Shown: positions 54,671 to 60,042 of the stretch, piece by piece
Numbering within the stretch: position 1 is the stretch's first letter
Layout of the letters: each line of letters opens with the position of its first letter
Virus record (IMG/VR): IMGVR_UViG_3300047463_000151
Span: 1-60,042 of that record
From: a virus
Lineage: Duplodnaviria > Caudoviricetes
Length of the DNA: 60,042 nt
Reading direction: 5' to 3' (one strand)
Notes under the pieces: model-generated
The model's input: only the letters and a program-made list of their open reading frames with translations
Database searches by the model: none
What the model was told of the DNA's origin: nothing
Program-made: the position numbers and the translations under genes

Positions 54671-57604
54671 ATGCCTTCCGTTGGTTCACTTCTCAGTCTT
54701 TCGTCGCTCGGTCTTCCGCAGCGCACTAGCAGCGATGCGAATGCCACTCTGTCCGGTGACATCTCGGGCCTTGGCTCGTTGTCATCCTCGTCGCTGACCG
54801 CTTCTGGCGCGGTGACCGGTGGTTCGTTGGCCGTGTCGGGCGCTTCCGTTATCCACGCTCTGACCGCTGATGGCATTACCGCGCAGTCGCTTTCTGCTTC
54901 TGGTTCGCTTTCTGCTGGAACGACTCTTGCCGTGACTGGTGCGGCTACCCTGTCCAGCACCCTTGGTGTCACGGGTGCATCGACCCTCGGCGTGCTGAAC
55001 GCTGGTGCGTCTACCCTTGCTTCGGCGTCGGTGACGAACGCCCTTAGCGCGGGTAGCTTCTCGGTGAGTGGCGCTTCGGTTGTTCATGCGCTCACAGCGG
55101 ACGGCATCACCGCTCAGTCGCTGTCGGCTTCGGGCAATGGTAGCTTCGGTGGCACCCTCGCGGTGACGGGGCTCTCGACCCTCGCCGATGTGAACGCCGC
55201 GAACATGGACCTCAGCGGCGACCTCGATGTTACTGGTGCGGCTTCATTCAGCGGCGCGATTACTGCTGATGACATTAGCGCGGCGGATTTTTCCGCTTCG
55301 GGTAACGTCTCGGTTTCCGGCACGCTGTCGGTTGACCTTGGCTCGACACTGCACGCCGTTAGCGCGACCGATATTGACGCTTCGTCGGTGTCGGCGACTG
55401 GCGATGTTTCGTCGGACACCCTGCACGTTACCTCGCTCTCGGACCTCCACGACGTTGATATGTCGGGCGATCTCGACGTAACCGGCTCGTCGAACTTCCA
55501 AGGCGCGATGACCGCCGCTGCGATCACAGCGTCGGGTGCGGTATCGTTCTCGTCCACCTTGGGTGTTAGCGGATTGCTCTCTGCGGTCAATGCGAATTTC
55601 AGCGACGATGTGGTCATTCAAGGCGACCTCACGGTGCAGGGAACGACAATCAGCACGCAGTCTGACCTTGCATTGGCGGATCGTTTCATCGTTCAGAACT
55701 ACACGCTCACCAATCCTTCGGCTGGTTATCAGACGGCGGGTGGCGTGTACGTCGTCAAGGCTCACAGCGCTCAATACACCGTCACCTCGGTTGATGGCGC
55801 GTTGGAGCGGTTCATTGTTTCCGCTGACCCGCAAAACGACGTTGCGGTGGACGACGTTATCTCCGTGTACGGCTTGGCTCAGCCGACCAACAATGGTCTG
55901 TTCCAGGTCGCCGCTGTCGGTGCCAACTACATTCAGGTGAAGAACGGCACAGGCGCTCTCGTTGGTATCGTAGACTCGTCCAATCTCACCAGCGAAACCG
56001 CTCCGGCGAACTGCAAGCTCGCGAACGTCGAATTCAAGGTGCTCCGCGCCGACGCCAACGGGACTTCGTTCTCGCTCGGCTATGGCTACAGCGCTTCTTC
56101 GATGGTGTTTGACGAAATCACCCCGGCCAGCGCGATTACGCTGCAACAGGCGTACAACAACGGCGCGGAAATCGCGACCTCTGGCTCGGTCAACGTCCTC
56201 GTCAGCGGGACTGAGGCCCTGGAAGTTACCGCGAACGGTGGTATCCTCTCCAATAGCCTCGACCTGTCCAGCACGCTCGACGTTGGCGGTGCGGCTTCCT
56301 TCGCCAACAACATCACGCAGTCGAACGCGGCCTCCAGCATCTCGTTTGCGGCTCCGCTTTCCACCACCAATACCGCCTCGTTCGGCGGCAATACCTCGGT
56401 GGCCGGTACGCTTACGCAGACGGGTGGTGGCGATGTCCACTTCTCGGGCGATGTGACCGCACAACTCGACCTCGATGTACTCGGTGACACTGCGTTGACC
56501 GGCGCTTTGTCGGGCTCTTCGGCTACGTTCTCGGGCGCGTTGTCGTCCGGTGCGGCTACCCTGCTCAGCGCGGATGTTACCAATAACCTCGATGTGGGCG
56601 GTGACGCCGATGTGGTTGGGTCGCTCTCTTCCGGTGCGGCTACCGTCGCTTCGTTGGCGGTTAGCGCGAATGCGACCGTTACAGGCGACCTCAGCGTTAC
56701 CGGGTTGTCGCACTTCACGGGTGCGATGGATGGCTCTGTTGCTATCTTCAGCAGCTACATCGAAGCGGACTCTGCCTCCTTCGCTGGTGAAATGGCTTCG
56801 GCCTCTATCGACGTAAGCGGTAACGCCGACATCGGTGGAAGCGCGGTGGTTTTGGGCACGTTCCAGTCGGGCGCGGCGACTCTCGCTTCTGCGTCTGTGA
56901 CCAACAATGCCTCCGTTGGCGGCACGCTGTCGGTGACTGGCACAACTACGCTCTCCGATGCGCTTGGCGGTACTTCCGCTTCGTTCTCCGGTGCGCTCGA
57001 TGCTGACTCTGCCAGCTTCGATAACGCGGTCGGCGCGGCTTCTGCGTCGATCTCGGGTGAAATGGCGGCTGGTTCCGGTGTATTCTCCGACGCGGGAACG
57101 GCGCTTCAGGTTGACCACGACGCAAACATCGACGGTAACCTCGCGGTCGGCGGGAACCTGACGGTTGGCGGCGACATTGCGCTCGATGAACTCACCGTGC
57201 TTCGCATGGGCGTTACATGCACGGCAGCGGAAGCCATCGCGGCGGGCAGCATCGTTTGCCTCAGCAGCGGCACCAAGAAGGTCAGCAAGTCCCTCGCAGA
57301 CGACGCGGTTCTCCCGGCCTTCCGTCGCGCCTTTGGTGTATGCCGTGACTCGCTGTCGTCCAATGGTTCTGGCTACGTCGCCATCGCGGGCTTCGCCTCC
57401 GTGAACCTTGCGTCGTCGCAGTCGGGTACAGCCGGTGCGCCGGTTTACCTCTCGGCGGATACGGCGGGCGCTTGTACGCTTTCCGCTCCGAATGGCGCGG
57501 GTAACGCGGTTGTCCAAGTGGGCTACCTCGCGGAAGATATTAGCAGCGTCACAGCGGCGGTTGTCGCTCTCGCGCCGCAGTTCATCGCGCAAATCCCGGC
57601 CTAG
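54671..57604 (+). CDS. Long fibre protein with beta-repeat shaft and DUF2190-like C-terminal domain
   Basis: 977 aa, Ser/Gly/Ala/Thr-rich GxLxVxG repeats; duplicated SVxHALTADGITAQSLSASG; AGGAG RBS. Confidence 0.8.
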   Translation: MPSVGSLLSLSSLGLPQRTSSDANATLSGDISGLGSLSSSSLTASGAVTGGSLAVSGASVIHALTADGITAQSLSASGSLSAGTTLAVTGAATLSSTLGVTGASTLGVLNAGASTLASASVTNALSAGSFSVSGASVVHALTADGITAQSLSASGNGSFGGTLAVTGLSTLADVNAANMDLSGDLDVTGAASFSGAITADDISAADFSASGNVSVSGTLSVDLGSTLHAVSATDIDASSVSATGDVSSDTLHVTSLSDLHDVDMSGDLDVTGSSNFQGAMTAAAITASGAVSFSSTLGVSGLLSAVNANFSDDVVIQGDLTVQGTTISTQSDLALADRFIVQNYTLTNPSAGYQTAGGVYVVKAHSAQYTVTSVDGALERFIVSADPQNDVAVDDVISVYGLAQPTNNGLFQVAAVGANYIQVKNGTGALVGIVDSSNLTSETAPANCKLANVEFKVLRADANGTSFSLGYGYSASSMVFDEITPASAITLQQAYNNGAEIATSGSVNVLVSGTEALEVTANGGILSNSLDLSSTLDVGGAASFANNITQSNAASSISFAAPLSTTNTASFGGNTSVAGTLTQTGGGDVHFSGDVTAQLDLDVLGDTALTGALSGSSATFSGALSSGAATLLSADVTNNLDVGGDADVVGSLSSGAATVASLAVSANATVTGDLSVTGLSHFTGAMDGSVAIFSSYIEADSASFAGEMASASIDVSGNADIGGSAVVLGTFQSGAATLASASVTNNASVGGTLSVTGTTTLSDALGGTSASFSGALDADSASFDNAVGAASASISGEMAAGSGVFSDAGTALQVDHDANIDGNLAVGGNLTVGGDIALDELTVLRMGVTCTAAEAIAAGSIVCLSSGTKKVSKSLADDAVLPAFRRAFGVCRDSLSSNGSGYVAIAGFASVNLASSQSGTAGAPVYLSADTAGACTLSAPNGAGNAVVQVGYLAEDISSVTAAVVALAPQFIAQIPA

Positions 57605-57613
57605 TGTCGGTTT

Positions 57614-57654
57614 AGGGTGGCCCGGTTGGCTCCTTTGAGTCGCCGGGTCGCCCT
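57614..57654 (+). terminator. Long intergenic hairpin (terminator or processing site)
   Basis: AGGGTGGCCCGG...CCGGGTCGCCCT with inner GGCTC/GAGTC; no immediate U-tract. Confidence 0.5.
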
Positions 57655-57714
57655 CCCTGTACCGTTTTATTCGCGCTTTTTGTCCGCCCTTTCAACCTCC
57701 ACTGAGGTACGCAC

Positions 57715-60042
57715 ATGGCTACGCAGACCAACAACTTCATCTTGCTTGAGAAAGACCCATCGAGTCCGATTCGCGGCCAACAACGGTCGGTGGATGCGGC
57801 AGACGACCTGGTTCTGTCGCCTGCAAGCGTAGCCCTTGCGCCTACGGGTAACGTGACGCTGAACTCGACCTCGGGTTCGATTGGTATCGGTAGCTCCGCT
57901 TCGACTCAACCGATCAACATCGGTACGGCTGGTGCGCGTATCGTCACCTTGGGTCAGGGCATCGGAACCGGGCCGACCATCATTCTCAACGGCGTGACGA
58001 ACACCACGACCTTTGAAGGCTTCGGCGCTCTCGGTATCGGGTCGAACTACACGGGTGCGGAAACCATCACGCTCGGTTCGGCAGCGGGCGGTTCGCTGGG
58101 TTACTTCCGCGATATTTACATCGGTTCGACCAACTCTACATCGTCCACGAACCTGTACGCCGGTTCGGCGGGCTTGAACCTCAACGGTCAAATCAACCTT
58201 TCGGCGACCACGAACGCGCTGAACATTACGTCGTCGTCGGGCGCGATTACCATCGATGGCACGACCACCGGCACGATTTCGATGGGTACGGTCGGCACTG
58301 GCACCATCACCATCGGTAACACGACCACGGCGCGTACCATCACGATTTCCAACGGTGTCGCGGGTGCGATCAACATCGGTAACGATGCTTCGTCTACGGG
58401 CGCTATCGCGATTGCGGGTGCTTCGGCCACCGGCGCACGAACCATTACCATCGGTACGGGCGGAACCGGGGCGAAGACGGTTCAAATCGGTGAAAGCACC
58501 GTTGCGACTTCTACGGTTTCAATCCAAGCGGGTACGACGGGCATCAACATTGGAACGAATGCCGTTGCAACCCCTGTCAACATCGCGACCGCCGCGACAG
58601 CCGGAGCCGTCTCTATTGGAACTGGAAACGCAACTCAGGCGATCTATATGGGCTACACCGGATTTGGCGGTGGAGGCACAAAGACGGTCGTACTCGGATC
58701 TCAATTTCTTACATCGTCTACTGTGGTGCAGGGTGGTTCTGGTGTGACGGCAACAACTGGCGTAGCGATTGTCGCGACAGGCTGGTTGAACCTCGGCAAC
58801 GATACCGGAACCGGCCAAATCAACATCGCCGCCGCCAATGCGACGGGTGCACGCACTATCCTCATCGGCACCGGGGCCACGGGCGCTAAGACCGTTACCC
58901 TCGGTGAAGCGACGGTTGCGGGTTCCGCGACGACCATCAACGGTGGTTCGACGGGTGGTGTGACCATCGCCTCGGTTGCTCTGACGAATACGCCGGTCAA
59001 TATCGCCACTTCGACCGGCACGCAGACGGTTTCGATTGGTACGGGCGGCACGGGCGCGAAAACCCTGACCATCGGTTCGCTTGCCTCGACTTCCGCGACG
59101 ACGATTCAGACCGGCACCGGGGCAATGACCTTTACCGCCGGTGCGGCCTATACGGTCAACGCGGTCGGAAACATTACGCTTTCCACCGGGGCGAACGCTG
59201 GCACCATTTCGTTGACAAACACAAGTTCCGCGGCGATCAATATCGGTGCGGATGCGGGTACGGGGCAAATCAACATCGCAGGAACAGGATCGCGTACCGT
59301 CAATATTGCTACGTTAGGAGTTGGCTACAAAACCGTAAATATCGGTGCAAACACTGTCGCAGAGACAGCAGTATCCATTGATGCGGGTACAATCGGTGGA
59401 ATTACAATCGGCAGCGGAGGCGCAGCCACACCCATCAACATCGCCAATGCGGCAACGGCAGGCACGGTCAACATCGGCAGTGGCGCATCCGCCTCCGCGA
59501 CCCAGACCCTGAACTTCGGTACGGGCGCGGGCGTCAAAACCACAACGCTCGGCTCTACCAATACGACCTCCACGACGACCGTCAACGCGGGAACGGGCGG
59601 GCTCGTTCTAGCCAGCACCGGCGCCGGTGTCGTGTGGCTCGGCAACAACACCGCGACGGGCAACATCGAAATCGCCGGTGGTAACGCCACGGGCGCGCGA
59701 ACGGTCAACGTGGCGACCGGCGGGACCGGAGCCAAGACGCTCAACCTCGGTTCGACGGCCACGGGCTCGACCACGACCTTGAACGCGGGCGTGGCGCAGG
59801 TCGCCGTATCGGCCTCGGGGGCGGTGTTCGGCGTCGCAGGCTCGGCGGTTCTTCCGGGTTGTATCGTCATCACCAACACTGAAGGCAGCGCGGTATCCAA
59901 GGGCGATGTCCTCTGCATCAACACCGCCTCGACCTCGGGTATCGGTCAGCCGTCCGTCTACAAGGCGAACTGCAAGACCGCGGGCAAGAAGGGATTTGCC
60001 GGTATCGTGGTCGATGCCTCCATCGCCAACGCGGCCACGGGC
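57715..60042 (+). CDS. Fibre protein with (I/V)xIG repeats, truncated by the window end (absent from the ORF track)
   Basis: GAGGT RBS, ATG 57715 (MATQTNNFILL). No stop seen in the segments I translated up to 60042. Repeats such as GARTITIGTGGTGAKTV. Confidence 0.85.
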   Translation, partial: MATQTNNFILLEKDPSSPIRGQQRSVDAADDLVLSPASVALAPTGNVTLNSTSGSIGIGSSASTQPINIGTAGARIVTLGQGIGTGPTIILNGVTNTTTFEGFGALGIGSNYTGAETITLGSAAGGSLGYFRDIYIGSTNSTSSTNLYAGSAGLNLNGQINLSATTNALNITSSSGAITIDGTTTGTISMGTVGTGTITIGNTTTARTITISNGVAGAINIGNDASSTGAIAIAGASATGARTITIGTGGTGAKTVQIGESTVATSTVSIQAGTTGINIGTNAVATPVNIATAATAGAVSIGTGNATQAIYMGYTGFGGGGTKTVVLGSQFLTSSTVVQGGSGVTATTGVAIVATGWLNLGNDTGTGQINIAAANATGARTILIGTGATGAKTVTLGEATVAGSATTINGGSTGGVTIASVALTNTPVNIATSTGTQTVSIGTGGTGAKTLTIGSLASTSATTIQTGTGAMTFTAGAAYTVNAVGNITLSTGANAGTISLTNTSSAAINIGADAGTGQINIAGTGSRTVNIATLGVGYKTVNIGANTVAETAVSIDAGTIGGITIGSGGAATPINIANAATAGTVNIGSGASASATQTLNFGTGAGVKTTTLGSTNTTSTTTVNAGTGGLVLASTGAGVVWLGNNTATGNIEIAGGNATGARTVNVATGGTGAKTLNLGSTATGSTTTLNAGVAQVAVSASGAVFGVAGSAVLPGCIVITNTEGSAVSKGDVLCINTASTSGIGQPSVYKANCKTAGKKGFAGIVVDASIANAATG

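Noticed and set aside
55244-59924. Long minus-strand ORFs opposite the fibre genes
   Set aside because: Shadows of repetitive Gly/Ser/Thr/Ala-coding sequence.
1-60042. Stop-codon reassignment suggested by frequent TAG/CTAG words
   Set aside because: Recognisable genes are full length in the standard code and several end at TAG where expected.

Overview
The window is most of a tailed dsDNA phage genome with siphovirus-like gene order. The last gene runs off the right edge. No integrase, tRNA, rRNA or CRISPR array was recognised. There are three transcription blocks. (1) 301-5152 (+): a zinc-finger/AEP-type primase-like gene and small genes. (2) 5147-13363 (-): an early-type module of small genes plus an amidoligase and a class II glutamine amidotransferase. 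This block carries six copies of a 56-bp element with an AAATCG-N12-CGATTT palindrome, and part of it is depleted of CAG/CTG. (3) After a roughly 1.6-kb divergent non-coding region, 14958-60042 (+): two DNA methyltransferases, thyX, lysis genes, terminase, a portal-minor-head fusion, protease, major capsid, neck genes with an embedded glycosyltransferase, tail genes with a -1 frameshift, tape measure, tail tip and fibres. The most unusual locus is the amino-methyltransferase at 21189-24560. It holds a LAGLIDADG intein and an exact 810-bp in-frame insertion directly after the catalytic DPPY. That insertion consists of an antisense Vsr/EDxHD-like endonuclease gene and its ribosome-binding site, yet the host frame stays open with no visible splicing element. 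Other highlights are a C5 methyltransferase encoded in two overlapping frames, a six-gene HTH paralogue family, and a degenerate beta-barrel/OmpA-like gene after the endolysin. All protein calls come from motif recognition by eye; no database searches were run.
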